A stretch of 60,000 bases of DNA from contig NC_058369.1 of NCBI RefSeq assembly GCF_018350175.1, positions 312,001-372,000 of the forward strand. Direction: 5' to 3'. Source of the stretch: Felis catus. Lineage: Eukaryota. A program made the position numbers and the translations under genes. Each line of letters begins with the position of its first letter. Within the stretch, counting starts at the first letter, position 1. This document shows positions 39,301 through 50,339 of this stretch, one piece after another. The notes under the pieces were generated by a model. It saw only the letters and a program-made list of their open reading frames with translations, was not told the origin of the DNA and did no database searches.

Positions 39301-40250
39301 TCCCTGTGACTAGACGCAGGTGCCAGAGGCAGAATAAGCAAACCTTCGGGGAGAGCCAGCCCTGCGAGGGGTGTGCGGGGCGTGGGGGCTGGCGGGGGAG
39401 GTGGCGGCGGGGCTGCAGGCGGCTCAGCGCCCCTGTCCCCGCGCTCTCGAAGGCGTGTACGGCGACGTGCAGCGGGTGAAGATCTTGTTCAACAAGAAGG
39501 AGAACGCGCTGGTGCAGATGGCGGACGGGAGCCAGGCGCAGCTGGGTAAGCGGCCGGGGCCTGCGGGGCGGGCGGGTGGGCGGGCGGGCACTGCCGGGCG
39601 TGGGGCCCGGGGTCACGAGCGTACCGCCTCCGCAGCCATGAGCCACCTCAACGGCCACAAGCTGCACGGGAAGCCGGTGCGCATCACGCTGTCCAAGCAC
39701 CAGAACGTGCAGCTGCCCCGCGAGGGCCAGGAGGATCAGGGCCTGACCAAGGACTACGGCAACTCCCCCCTGCACCGCTTCAAGAAGCCCGGCTCCAAGA
39801 ACTTCCAGAACATCTTCCCGCCCTCGGCCACCCTGCACCTCTCTAACATCCCGTACGTGCAGGGTGTGGGCTGTGGCCTCCCTGCCCCCCCCCCCCCCCC
39901 CGCCCTCCCCGAGAACCAGCGTCCGACCCCTCGACCCCTCTCCTCCCCGCAGGCCCTCTGTGTCTGAGGACGATCTGAAGGTCCTCTTCTCTAGCAACGG
40001 CGGGATCGTCAAGGGGTTCAAGTTCTTCCAGTGAGTGCCACCCCACCCCCACGGCTCCTTGCCCTGCCCGATGCCCCGACCCCCCCCTCAATGCCCCTGG
40101 CCCTGTCTGTCCCTCAGGAAGGACCGCAAGATGGCCCTGATTCAGATGGGCTCGGTGGAGGAGGCCATCCAGGCGCTCATTGACCTTCACAACCACGACC
40201 TGGGCGAGAACCACCACCTGCGGGTGTCCTTCTCCAAGTCCACCATCTAG
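29521..40250 (+). CDS. PTBP1: Polypyrimidine tract-binding protein 1, full spliced CDS span (15 exons, 1674 nt, 557 aa PTB4-type isoform)
   Basis: Exon lengths 8+31+76+173+147+171+111+175+78+149+34+93+217+78+133 = 1674 nt, all GT-AG. Translation runs [21 protein letters not shown]...[11 protein letters not shown] and contains four RRMs. Confidence 0.98.
32177..32207 (+). CDS. PTBP1: PTBP1 exon 2
   Basis: ctgcag|CATCGTCCCAGACATAGCAGTTGGTACAAAG|gtaggt = [10 protein letters not shown], 31 nt. Confidence 0.95.
35330..35405 (+). CDS. PTBP1: PTBP1 exon 3
   Basis: ttcag|...|gtaac; [25 protein letters not shown]. Confidence 0.96.
35559..35731 (+). CDS. PTBP1: PTBP1 exon 4
   Basis: [11 protein letters not shown]...LLMLKGKNQ (NLS and start of RRM1); AG/GT flanks. 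Confidence 0.97.
35812..35958 (+). CDS. PTBP1: PTBP1 exon 5
   Basis: [18 protein letters not shown]...SSPNQA; AG/GT flanks. Confidence 0.97.
36047..36217 (+). CDS. PTBP1: PTBP1 exon 6
   Basis: [12 protein letters not shown]...[12 protein letters not shown] flanks. Confidence 0.97.
36311..36421 (+). CDS. PTBP1: PTBP1 exon 7
   Basis: [14 protein letters not shown]...AQHAKL (RRM2); AG/GT flanks. Confidence 0.97.
36496..36670 (+). CDS. PTBP1: PTBP1 exon 8
   Basis: [20 protein letters not shown]...QTMAAAF; AG/GT flanks. Confidence 0.97.
36926..37003 (+). CDS. PTBP1: PTBP1 alternative exon 9 (78 nt; internal alternative acceptor at 36947 gives 57 nt)
   Basis: tctag|GTGCGCCTGG...GCTGCAG|gtac; [25 protein letters not shown] linker. 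Confidence 0.95.
37724..37872 (+). CDS. PTBP1: PTBP1 exon 10
   Basis: [13 protein letters not shown]...[14 protein letters not shown] flanks. Confidence 0.97.
38617..38985 (+). promoter_or_regulatory. PTBP1: PTBP1 intron 10 distant branch point, polypyrimidine tract and AG-exclusion zone
   Basis: TACTGAC at 38638-38644 followed by a long U/C tract; no AG dinucleotide in 38617-38983. Confidence 0.85.
38986..39019 (+). CDS. PTBP1: PTBP1 exon 11 (34-nt autoregulated cassette exon)
   Basis: taaag|AGAGTCACACCCCAAAGCCTCTTTATTCTTTTCG|gtatgt = [11 protein letters not shown]. Confidence 0.96.
39453..39545 (+). CDS. PTBP1: PTBP1 exon 12
   Basis: [30 protein letters not shown] (RRM3). Confidence 0.97.
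39636..39852 (+). CDS. PTBP1: PTBP1 exon 13
   Basis: [13 protein letters not shown]...ATLHLSNIP. Confidence 0.97.
39953..40030 (+). CDS. PTBP1: PTBP1 exon 14
   Basis: [25 protein letters not shown] (RRM4); AG/GT flanks. Confidence 0.96.
40118..40250 (+). CDS. PTBP1: PTBP1 exon 15 coding part
   Basis: [16 protein letters not shown]...SFSKSTI-TAG. Confidence 0.97.
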
Positions 40251-41725
40251 GGCCGCCAGGGACCGGCCTGCTGGCGCCTGGCCACAACTTCCATCATTCC
40301 AGAGAAAAGCCACTTTAAAAAGCAGCTGAAGTGACCTTAAAAGACCAGAGATTTTATTTTTTTAAAAGAGAAATCAGTTTACCTGTTTTTAAAAAAATTA
40401 AATCTGATCGACCCTGCTCACCCTGGGGAGATGGGGTGCCGGCCTCAGGCTCCTGGTGACGAGTGGACAGTGCGCCCCCCGCTCCCTCCCCAGCCCCCCA
40501 AGCCCGTGCCTTCTGCAGCCCCTGTGGGGTGGGCGCTCCCAAACCTCGACTCGGCTTTCTTGTGCCTTAAAACCAGCTGCTCTGGCAGGGCCCTCGGCGG
40601 GGGGTGGGGGGGGTTGGGGGGGGCTGGTGGGTCGGCCTCCCGCGTGGGATCATGTGCCTGGCGCAGCAGGAGGCTGCGAGCTGCAGGGACCAGCCGGCAC
40701 CCCCTGATCTGTTTAATCAAGTGTGTGATTCTCCCCACCCCCGCCCCGGGACCCCAACTTGGGGCAAGACCCCGAGGGCACCGGCCCCGTCCTCCTTCAG
40801 CTCGGAGCTCTGTTTTCACCGTAATCTCTGTATTATGCTTTGATGCAGTTGCAGACATCTGTGCCTAGCAATATTTCCAGTTGACCAAATATTCTAATCT
40901 TTTTTCATTTATATGCAAAAGAAATAGTTTTAAGTAACTTTTTATATAGCAAGATGATAAAAATGGTATGAGTATAATCTCAATTTCCTCCTTGTGGTAT
41001 GACCTTACATACTGTCCTTTTTTATTTTATTCCTTGTAATGAAGTCGCAGGGCGGGATCTAGTTTCCAGGGCAGACCCGCTGGGGCCCCGGCCCTTCCCG
41101 CAAGGCCCCAGGCCGGCCCTGCCCACCACCTCCAGATGCCTTACTCACACCTAACCTGTTCCCTGTCCAGGGGAAAAGCGCTCTTAAACTTGTAAACTTT
41201 CAGGGTTTCCTTTCTCCTGCAAATTTTGGACCAAAGTTTTGTTTGTTTTTTTGTCTGCCTCTAATGCTGGGGCCCCAGAAGGTGGGACAGCGGCCCCTGA
41301 GTCTTAACTGTCTCCCACACGTCGTCCTGCACTCGCGGGTCCAAGGGGCTCCCCTGCGAGCAGACCCCGTGCTGGCCAGCCCCCTCCCTCGGGCCTGGAC
41401 CCTCGAGTTTCCGTGTTGGGTTGGAACAAGGGTGTAAATATTTATAATTTTTTATACCTGTTGTAAAACGAGGGGCAGCAAACGTGGTTTTTTATAAAGG
41501 TGACGCAGATGTATATTTTGATAACCGCAGTTACAGGCTCAGTATTGTGCCGGGAGCGAGGCCCTCCACTGCCCGCCCCGACGGCTTGTAATGCAGAGAG
41601 AACCGAATTAAAGCGATTTTACAACTCCTACCTTTTCTGTAGGCTCTTTCTTCCTGTTCACGTTGTGGAGGGCGGCTGGCCAGTCTGTCTGCTGGACTTT
41701 GAATAAATGTCTCTGCATCCTGCAC
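40251..41725 (+). other. PTBP1: PTBP1 3'UTR (3' end approximate)
   Basis: Runs from the stop codon to AATAAA at 41702-41707, with AU-rich blocks and miRNA seed matches. Confidence 0.8.
41702..41707 (+). terminator. PTBP1: PTBP1 polyadenylation signal AATAAA
   Basis: Canonical hexamer ~1.45 kb after the stop, followed by a U-rich tract. Confidence 0.75.
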
Positions 41726-42064
41726 TCGATTCCCTTTTTATTCCGCCTCTGTCTTCACTGCTGTTTCCTCCTCTGTGAATTTAGCCTTCTCATTTCTGAC
41801 GGGGATGGGGTTTGGGGGAGCTGATGAGGTGTGGGGGGGGGCAAGGGTCTCCTCCCAGGGGCGAAGGCCGCACACCACTGCCCACCCCCGCCCAGCCCAG
41901 GGAAGTGTGTTGCCGGACCCACCCCCCACTCCACGTGCATGAGCCTCGGTCCACGAGTGGGAGATCTGTGTCCCGTCCCCCGTTCCCCCCCCCCGCCCAG
42001 CCCTCGTGTGCGTGGGGGCCCCGGACCACAGTGACTCAGCCGGGACTCCAGTGGGTGTCGACAT

Positions 42065-42070
42065 TTTATT
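42065..42070 (-). terminator. PLPPR3: PLPPR3 polyadenylation signal AATAAA
   Basis: Plus-strand TTTATT ~85 nt after the stop. Confidence 0.7.
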
Positions 42071-42155
42071 GTCTGGTCACGAAGTGCTTTTCCCCCCACC
42101 CCCGCCGGCCCAGTGGTACCCACCTGTGCCCCATGCGGCACCCCACCCCTCCCCC

Positions 42156-43011
42156 TCAGTCCTTGAACCTGCGGGCCGCCTGCATCTTGCGATAGTAGCC
42201 CTCGGCCTCCGCCTCCCCCGTGGCCTCCCGCTCCCCCAGCACCAGGCCGCCAGCTTTGCGCCTCAGCGTGGACTCCCGGCTGCCCGGGCCCAGGGCCCCG
42301 TCAGCCATGCCCGGTGGGGGCAGCCCCTCGCCCGTGGCCAGGTTGACCGTGGCCACGGCCCCAAATCGCGGCTCCTCTTGGTCCACGTCGCTGATGGACG
42401 AGCCGGGGGACACACCTGGCGGCTTGGGCCCACCGCGGAAGCCACGGGCCAGGTCCCCCAGCTCGTAGCCACCCTCGCCCTCTGCCCCCTTGGCCGTGCC
42501 CCCCGCCGTCTTCCACTCCCAGGGCCCGTTACCCGAGGACAGGTGGACCACGGGGTGGTGGGGCGCGTGCGCGTCGATGGTGACGATGCTGGCCGAGTCG
42601 CGGTCCGAGGGCGATCTGTACTGCGAGGAGTCGGAGCTGGCGCTGGAGGACGAGGCGGTCTCCGCCCCCTTGGGACCCGGCCCGCCCGGCGCCTTGGACA
42701 TGGCGATCACCTGCAGCAGCCGCGGCGGGTTGGCCACGCGGGGCTGGGCCGAGGCCACGGCCACAGCGGCCCCGCTCTTCTCCGCCATCATGAGCCACTT
42801 GGCCCGCACGGCGGCGCTGCTCTTGGGAGACAGGCCGCCAGCCGCCTGTGCCCCCTCCTCGGGGATGTGCACCAGCGGCTGCGGCCCGGCCCGCGGCGGC
42901 AGGAGGACCCGAGGCCCGAGCCCCGGCCGGGCCTGCACCGTGGGGTAGAGTGAGGGCGGGGCCGGCCCCCCTTCCTCACCCTCCTCCTCCTCCTCTTCCT
43001 CCTCTTCTTCC

Positions 43012-43044
<33 letters not shown>

Positions 43045-43532
43045 GCCATGGGCTCCGCGGGCGCCCGCAGGTGCCCGGGGCTGGCCTCATCGGGCAGCCC
43101 TAGGCCACGGCCCTCCAGCGACTTCTGCTTCCACTCGCTGATGAGCTGCTTGGAGCGAGAAGCGTCGAGTGGCACGTGGATGGTCATGTGGCGGCGAGCA
43201 GGGTCGTCGAGCGAGGGCGTGCTGACGCGGGGCAGCGTGTGGCTGAAGGTGACCATGTTCTCCTTGCCCATGGGGCTGCGTGGGGCCAGCAGGTCCACGT
43301 CCACGCTGGCCCGCTTCAGGCTGCCCAGCGAGGCCTTCTCTCGGGCTACGGGCCGGGGCACGCCGTCCAGCCGCCCTGGCGGCCCCAGCTCGTCGGTGCT
43401 CACGGACTTGTTCTGCTGGTACACCGAGTCGTGGCCCCGCTGGGTCAGGGCCCGCAGCGCATCCTTGGCGGGGGCCAGCGCCATCGGCTTCTCTGCCGTC
43501 GGGGCCTGGAAGTTGCCGACCGCGTGGCAGGC
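42156..43532 (-). CDS. PLPPR3: PLPPR3 last coding exon (cytoplasmic tail with poly-Glu)
   Basis: ccctcag|[11 protein letters not shown]...; continues into ORF 42156..43484. Confidence 0.96.
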
Positions 43533-46500
43533 CTGAGGGTGAGGCGAGGGCTGAAGACCAGGGCTCTCCCCGGGCGGCAGGCTTGCGAGGTGGTCCGAGC
43601 GGGAAGCCTGGCCTCCCCGTGCGGTCAGAGCGGGGAGTCCCGCTCCCTTCCCGTGGGGGCAGATGCCGGTCAGGCCGCTCCCGCTCTGCGCACTCGGCAG
43701 GTCTGAGCCCCTGAGATTCTGACTCCGGCGTTCCGAGGGAGGAGACTCATCAGAGTCCCCAGGGCAGGGCCAGGTCTCCCCCTTCGGAGCCCCCCACCCC
43801 CGACCTCGCCCGGGGCCGGCCTTCCCTGCGAGACCTCCTCACCGCACCCCACCCCCACCCCCGTCCAGCCTCCCCCTTCACACCTCTTCCCCCTATCGCC
43901 ACCCCCTGCCCCCCCCCCACCAGCCGGCCTACCCCCCCCCCGCCAGAACCTCCCTATGGGGGCAACCCTGCTCCCTCAGAGCTGCCCCCACCCCGGGGGC
44001 CTCCCCCGCCCCCTCACCAGGTAGGCCGCGATGCCAGCGCCGATGAGGAAGCCTGCGTACACGTCCACGGGGTGGCTACGGTACTGTGTGATCTGGGTGA
44101 GGCCGCAGACGCCCGCTGCGATGGCAAAGCCGAACACCAGGATGGGCTTGAGCAGCTTGGTGGTGTCCGAGATGACGGAGTTGAAGTACATCTGGGGGGG
44201 GGGGGCGGGGGCAGGGCGGGTCAGAGCCGAGCGGCGGGCTCCCCGCAGGCGGCGGGCTCGGGGCGGGCCAGGACTCACCGACACGTAGACCGCAGCGAAG
44301 GCGGACAGCGTGGCGTGCTGCGACGGGAAGGTCTTCCTGCAAGAAGAGGCCACACGTGAGCCCCGCCCGGCCCCGCCCGGCCCCGCGCGCCTCGGGTCCC
44401 CGCCATCTGCCTGGGGGGGAGGGGGGCAGCTCACCGCGCAGACAGGATGGCGTGCGCGTCGCGGCCGGAGCAGATGTCCTGTGTGACGTAAGGGTTGGCC
44501 TCACACGACGTGCCCAGCAGCGTGTAGTTGGGCTTGCAGACCGTCAGGAAGAAGGGCGCGTGGTAGCCTGTGGCCAGCTGGATGACGTCGGTCACCAGGG
44601 CCGTGGCACACAGGCCGAACACGTGGACGCCTGCGGGGCGGCGGGGTCAGGGCCGGGAGCTGGCGGGGGCCCGGGTCCCCCCCCCCCCGCCCCGCCCGAC
44701 CGCCGCGTGCAGACCGCGGGCCTCTACTCACCCACAAAGCGCACAGTGCGCCGCAGGAAGGAGTTGAAGTTGCAGCCGCCAGCGTTGATGCTGCCCTCGG
44801 CGCCGCCCGGGCCCCCGCCGCGGCCCCACAGCCGGGACTGCACGCAGTACAGCATGCCCTCGCCGACCATGATCTGCCCGACAGGGAGGCAGGCGCTCAG
44901 CCCGGCGCCCCGCAGGGCGGTGCCCGCAGGCCGGCCCGCGCCGGGCGCCGGGGACTCACCGAGGCCGCAGGGGCAGCGAAGGCCAAGCTGAGGAGCATGA
45001 GCAGGGGGATGAGCTCCTCGTTGGTCTCCACGTAGGGCATGGAGAGCGTCCGGTCGTAGCACTGGAATCCCACCTTGGCCGGCTTGAAGAGGTCGGTCAG
45101 CTCCAGGAAGTACAGGGACACGACGGAGGACGCCACGATGGGGAGCTGCGGGGCACGGAGGCCGGCATCACCCCAGCCCTGCTCACCACGTGAGCTCGGT
45201 CCCGTCCGCCACCCACGCTGCCGTCCGTCCGTCCGCCGGGCCGTCCAGCCACCTGCCCGCCCCGCAGGCCGTCCGGGCACCCATCACAGCCTGCCTCCGG
45301 CTCGCTGGGGCCACGAGCAGCTACTGGGCTCAGATCTGGGCGGGGCCGACTCCCAGTGACCTGCACCTTCCCTCCTCCGCTCCAAGGGTCTCAAACCCAA
45401 ACACCCGCAGGGTCCAGGCTGGGGCAGGCGCCTGGGGCGGGGGGGGGGGGGGGCTGGCTGCCTCAGGAGATGCCGGTCTCCATTTGATGGACGAGGAAAC
45501 AGACAGGGGTGGGGCCCACAAGAGGCCTCCGCGTTGACTCCTGCCTTGGACGGCACCTCGGCCTCTGTCCAGCCCTGGCCGGGGGGTCCCCAGAGGGAAA
45601 CTGCCGAAGCTGGGTCCGCGGGAGCTGGGCTCTAGTCCAGAGAGCACTTACTGAGTGCCTGCTGCATGCAGGAATGTGCCCCAAGGCAGCTGAGTGGAGG
45701 GGTTCACAGCCACCTGCCCAGGCTTGAATCCTGGCTCCACTGCTTCCCTGTGCCTCAGTTTCCCCAGCTGGTAACGGAATGACAGGGTCACCACCTTCCA
45801 GGTTCGACGTAGGACCGGGTGAGTAAGTACACGGACAGTACCAGCCTTTAGTCAACGCTAGCTCGTGATTCCCTCCCCGTGGCCATTAGCGCAACTGGGC
45901 CGCGGCGGGCAGGGCACTCCAGGCTGCGGGCAGGAGTTTGCGTGGGGCCCGGGCACATCAGATCAACTCCTTCGGCAAGAGGGTCCTTCAAACTGTGATT
46001 CTGACGATGTCCCCGTGGCACTCCGAGCTCCCAAGCGGCGTGGCCACGGCTGTGACGCCGGCCTGGCTCCCCAATTCGGCCCTCGGCCCCATCTCCTCCC
46101 CGCTGGGCCACGCCGGAGGCGGAGCCAGCCCCAGAGGGTCTCTGTGTGCCACCCCACTTGTCCTTGCATCTGGAGACAGACCTTTACCCAGGCACAGGAA
46201 CACTGACAGCATATCAGGCCCAGAGGAAAACGATCCACGAGCACGTCCTGCCCACGGACTTAACGCGTGTGTGCGTGTGCGTAAACACGCTTAAGACTCA
46301 CGATAAGGCAAAGGCGGATGGGAGCAGGCACACACACGGCTCTGCGTCCCACGGGCCGGCCAGGCTCCAAACACCGCTAACACAGCGCTGGCGCAGACAG
46401 TAAGGGAAACACCGTGGCCTCGAAGGTGGCGGGGGGGGGGGGTGGAGGGGGGAATTTGGGGCGCTTCCTGAGCCACCAAGCGTGCTCCCCAGGGATGTTA

Positions 46501-47712
46501 TCTGCAGATAAGCTCACTCTTGGTTCGAGGTGAGACAGACCAAAGGGCTTTCCTTACGGGGACGTGCGTGACACGAGCAAAGGCCAGGCAGCCCCTGAAG
46601 GCCCAGCTCCGTGGGGACGGTGACTCGGGGCTCGAGTACTACACGGCAGTGAAAAGGGACGGAGTCAGCCGTGAGCAAAGATTTCCACTAGAAAAAAGCC
46701 AAGAGCAGAAACCTGTCTTAAAAGGGGAGGGGTTACAGATCTAACAGACTTGAGTGGGTGTGGGACACTTTTTGGAAGGACCCAGGTGACAGCAGGGGGT
46801 TGAGGAGGACGCAGGGAGGGAGCTGCTTTGCAAGGACGTTGACACCCTGAGAAGGTATAAGCTACTGTAACGGGGATTTAAATACAAATTTGACAAACAG
46901 CTTTTCTGCCTGTGCGCAGGGACCCACTGGCCGGGGGGTGAGCCGCTGGCTTTGTGACTTGCGTGGAGGGCTGTCTGCTCGGGACTGGGGACCCCACTCC
47001 TCCACCCACGGCCTGCCTGGACCGCTCGACACACTGGGGTTTTCCTGGCAGGTCAAGTGGGGAAGACTATGGCTACAGGAACGTCCTAGTAGGTGCTGAA
47101 GGGTCTGTCCCAGGATGGGTAAATGTCACCCTGTGCCATCAGCAGCGCTTAGTATGTGCCGGGTGACTGCGTTTATTACATTTTATTTTTCTGAACATTC
47201 ACAGAGCCCTCACTGCGTGCCAGGCCTGTTCTGTGAGCGCGCTTATGGGAAGGGCACCGGCCCCTTAACAGAGGAGGGATTTGAACTTGCACCCTCAGAC
47301 TGCAAAGCCCCCGCGCTGCTTGAAGAGCCGGCATCCCCCCAGCCCCTTCATGGATGCCCCTCACCCCGGCGCCTTGCTCCAGCCCCTCCAGGTGAGCCAC
47401 TGACCCCTACCTCGGTCTGGAGGTCCCACTCCCCAGCATTTGCCCCGGCTGCTGCTTTGGGTGTGCCTCTGGAACTCCTACTCATCCTGCAGAACCCGAG
47501 TCCCCCCAGCCCCCCTCACCAGGCACCCTCGCTGCGCCCACCCGTGTCCTTCAGGGTGGTGGTCCCCGATGGCGTGTGCCACAGAGGCCTCTGCCCCGCC
47601 CCCATCGGTGCGGACCCCCCCGCCCCCCCCCCCTCACCTCCACGAAGTAGAAGCAGGGCAGAAGCGTCATGCTGTCCTTTGGGGTTTTATTCTTCTCCTT
47701 GGTCGCGATCAT
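42156..47712 (-). CDS. PLPPR3: Phospholipid phosphatase-related protein 3 (PRG-2/LPPR3), full spliced CDS span (7 coding exons, 2208 nt, 735 aa)
   Basis: Exons 75+186+142+196+58+174+1377 nt, [36 protein letters not shown]...[13 protein letters not shown]...poly-Glu...MQAARRFKD*. Confidence 0.96.
44018..44191 (-). CDS. PLPPR3: PLPPR3 coding exon 6
   Basis: [16 protein letters not shown]...GAGIAAYL. Confidence 0.96.
44279..44336 (-). CDS. PLPPR3: PLPPR3 coding exon 5
   Basis: [19 protein letters not shown]. Confidence 0.95.
44435..44630 (-). CDS. PLPPR3: PLPPR3 coding exon 4
   Basis: [14 protein letters not shown]...HAILSAR. Confidence 0.96.
44732..44873 (-). CDS. PLPPR3: PLPPR3 coding exon 3
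   Basis: [10 protein letters not shown]...[15 protein letters not shown]. Confidence 0.96.
44960..45145 (-). CDS. PLPPR3: PLPPR3 coding exon 2
   Basis: [18 protein letters not shown]...[12 protein letters not shown] flanks. Confidence 0.96.
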
Positions 47713-48920
47713 GGTGCCGCGGGCTCCACAGGCCGTGGTTGGAGGGGACAAAGACGCGCTGGAGGAGGGGAGGCGCAGTCTGAGCCCTGGGGGGACCCGG
47801 TGCCCAGCGCCTGCGGGGGAGGGGCGGGCAAAGATGCGCCGTACCGCCCAGGGAAACTGAGGCTGGGGGAGTGGGGTGTCCCCGCGGCCTCCCCTCCGCG
47901 CACTGCGGCCCTGCCCAACAACCCAGCTGCCCGGCACCCCTGCACCCCAGATCGGGGGTCGGGAGGGGCCCGGCAGAGGGCGGGGCCGGCCTGGTTTAGG
48001 AGTCCCCGGACGGGGGCCGTTCCCCGGCGTCTGGACGGTGGGGAGGCCCGCGGCGGGGGGGCGGGGGAGGGAAGGGAGGGTCCCGGCGGCCGGAAGAGGG
48101 GTGCGGCCCCGGCCTTCCGCCCGCAGGCCCCTCACCTGGCGCGCGGGCGCTCGGAGGGCGGAGCCGGCGGGCGCGCGGGGCGGGGGCTGCGGCGCGGCGA
48201 GCACAAAGCGCGGCCCCTCCCCCGCGGGGGCGGGGGGAGCGGCGAGCGGGAGCGCAGGGAGGGGAGGGGGCCCCGCCCGGCCCGAGACCCCGCGCCCGCC
48301 ACGGCCTGCGTGCGGCGCGAGGGGCGGGGGCTCTTTGTCTCGGCGCGTCCGGGGCGCCGCGCGCGTTCCTCGCCGGGCCGGTCCCCCGGCGTGCGCTCGC
48401 CGCGCGCGGGGCTCCCGTTCCCTCGGCCCCGGGGAGTCGGGGGGTCTCGGGCCCCCGTAGGGGCGGGCTGGGACCGGAGTCTGCGCCGCCCCCCTCCCCT
48501 CCCGGCTCGGCCTCGGGAGCCCCGTGGACGGCGGGGGTGGGGGCTGGGCGTCCGGACCCCTGGGGCCCCGGCTATCCTCGTGTCTCCCCGGGTCTCCCCC
48601 CGTGTCGTCCCCTTCCCGGGGCCCGCCGCTCCCCGGCGCGCGTTTCCATGGCGAGGGCGCCGAGCGCCGGCGCAGTCCGGAGACAAAAGAGCCCGGGGTG
48701 GGGGGTGGGGTGCTTTCCCTACCGTCCCCGCCCCCCCCCCCCCCCCCCGCTCCGCCCTCGGCCCCCTCACCCTCGGCCCGGGCGCCCCCGCCGGGTCCGC
48801 TCTGCGGGCCTCCAGGCCCCTCGCCAGGCTCCCAGGGCGCGCGGCGGGATGCTCCGGGGCGCGGGGGTGGCGGGTACGGCCGGCCGCGCATCGACGCCGT
48901 AGACAGGTGTTTCCTCCGTA
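47550..48920 (-). promoter_or_regulatory. PLPPR3: PLPPR3 CpG island with candidate non-coding first exon(s)
   Basis: Extreme CpG density; minus-strand donors CAG|GTGAGG (exon boundary 48136) and AGG|GTGAGG (48771). Confidence 0.7.
47638..47712 (-). CDS. PLPPR3: PLPPR3 first coding exon (acceptor probably at 47758)
   Basis: ggcaccATG context; [25 protein letters not shown]|gtgagg. Confidence 0.94.
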
Positions 48921-49237
48921 ACACACACAACCACGTAGGCTAGGGACTGGCTGAGCCTTGGTGTTATGAATGGGGAAACTGAGGCCCTGGGAACTTCGTT
49001 CCCCGTCCAAGGTCGCCAGGCCCCAAACGACAGGATTGTATTTGGCTGGTGTATTCACCATCTCCTGAGCACCCACTGTGTACTTGACCCTGAACAGTCA
49101 CCGGGGAGCCACTGGGAAGCGGGGCAGACCCTATCAATCCTGAAGTAAGTGTCTCATTAGAGTAGGGGTGAGGCTGCATTAATTGAGCACCTACAGTTTG
49201 TCGCCTTGACCTTTCTTGTTTTGCAAGCGACAGCTCC

Positions 49238-49360
49238 AGGGCGCCAGGCTGGCTCGGAAGAGCATGTATCCCACTTGACGCGCGGGGGGGGGGGGGGGGG
49301 TCGTGAGTTCGTGCCCCGTGTTGGGTGTAGAGATTACTTACAATACGTACATTGAGAAAG
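49238..49360 (+). mobile_element. Short carnivore SINE variant
   Basis: gggcgccaggctggctc...tcgtgagttcg...ttgggtgtagagattactta; flanked by agctcca repeats. Confidence 0.7.
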
Positions 49361-50339
49361 AGCTCCATGAGTTTTGAAAGTCGATTCTATGTGTGGTGAA
49401 GAGTGGGACCCAGCAGGTTCGGACCCCCCTGGGGCCTCCGCTTCCTCTGACCTGAGCCCGCTGGCTGTTCCCCCTTCCCAGGACCTCGAGGTGGGCCTCA
49501 GTTTGCTCTCCAGGGGCGGAGCCAGGGCAGCGGTTGGGAGTCCTGGTGTTGACAGTTGTCCACAAACAGCAAGAGAAGGAGAAAATGGGGCAATCGCTCC
49601 TGGGTGCTTTCTGGGGGCAGAAGCGGGAAGCGTTGTCTCGGGGGACCCTCCTGATGTCTCGGGGGTCTGGGAGAGGGTGTCAGGGAATCTAAGGATCAGG
49701 GGTGGGGGGTCCTTGTCCCATCGGAGCCCCGGCTGGTGATGGGGCAAGGCTCGGCTGTGGTGGCACACTGCCCAGCTGCGGAGTCTGGACTTGAGTCTGG
49801 GACACGAGGGAGCCATGGGAGAGTTTAGAGGGGGAAAGAGGGGTTGAGCGCACCAGATGCTGCTCAGAAACTTGCCCGCGTTAAGCTCTTGGGCGGCGGG
49901 GGGCTGCCTGTTCATGTCCCTGTTGTATAGATGAGGCAGCAGGTCTGCTGAGAGGGAACACTGAGGTCACCCAAGGGAAGGGATGGTGTGGTCTCCGGAG
50001 CCAGTCCTGTCTCCCGCTGTGCTCTGGCCACCCAGGTGGGCAGGCGGAAGCGGGGGAGCGGGAAGCAGGCCTGAGGGACGTGCAGGGGACACTTAGGCAG
50101 CTGCGTCGTGTCGCTTGGTGAGGACCAAGGTGGGGCCTAAGCCCCCAGGACCCCAACATCCTACCCTGACTCCCAAGCCCCAAACCACCCCACATCTGCC
50201 TTTGGGAGCAAAACCAGCCTGGAAGAGCCTTCCACAGCCCCAGACACAAAGTGGCAACCCCGAGGCGCGGGTGGCCACCACCCTTGTCAAACTCCGAGTC
50301 TCACCTTGGAAACAAATGCCACTTTTAAAAAGTTGGGCT

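Noticed and set aside
42006..43706. Plus-strand ORFs overlapping the PLPPR3 last exon
   Set aside because: Antisense shadows of GC-rich coding sequence
47440..49076. Long ORFs of 314-493 aa on both strands
   Set aside because: Stop-poor CpG island; only 47638-47712 matches a real protein
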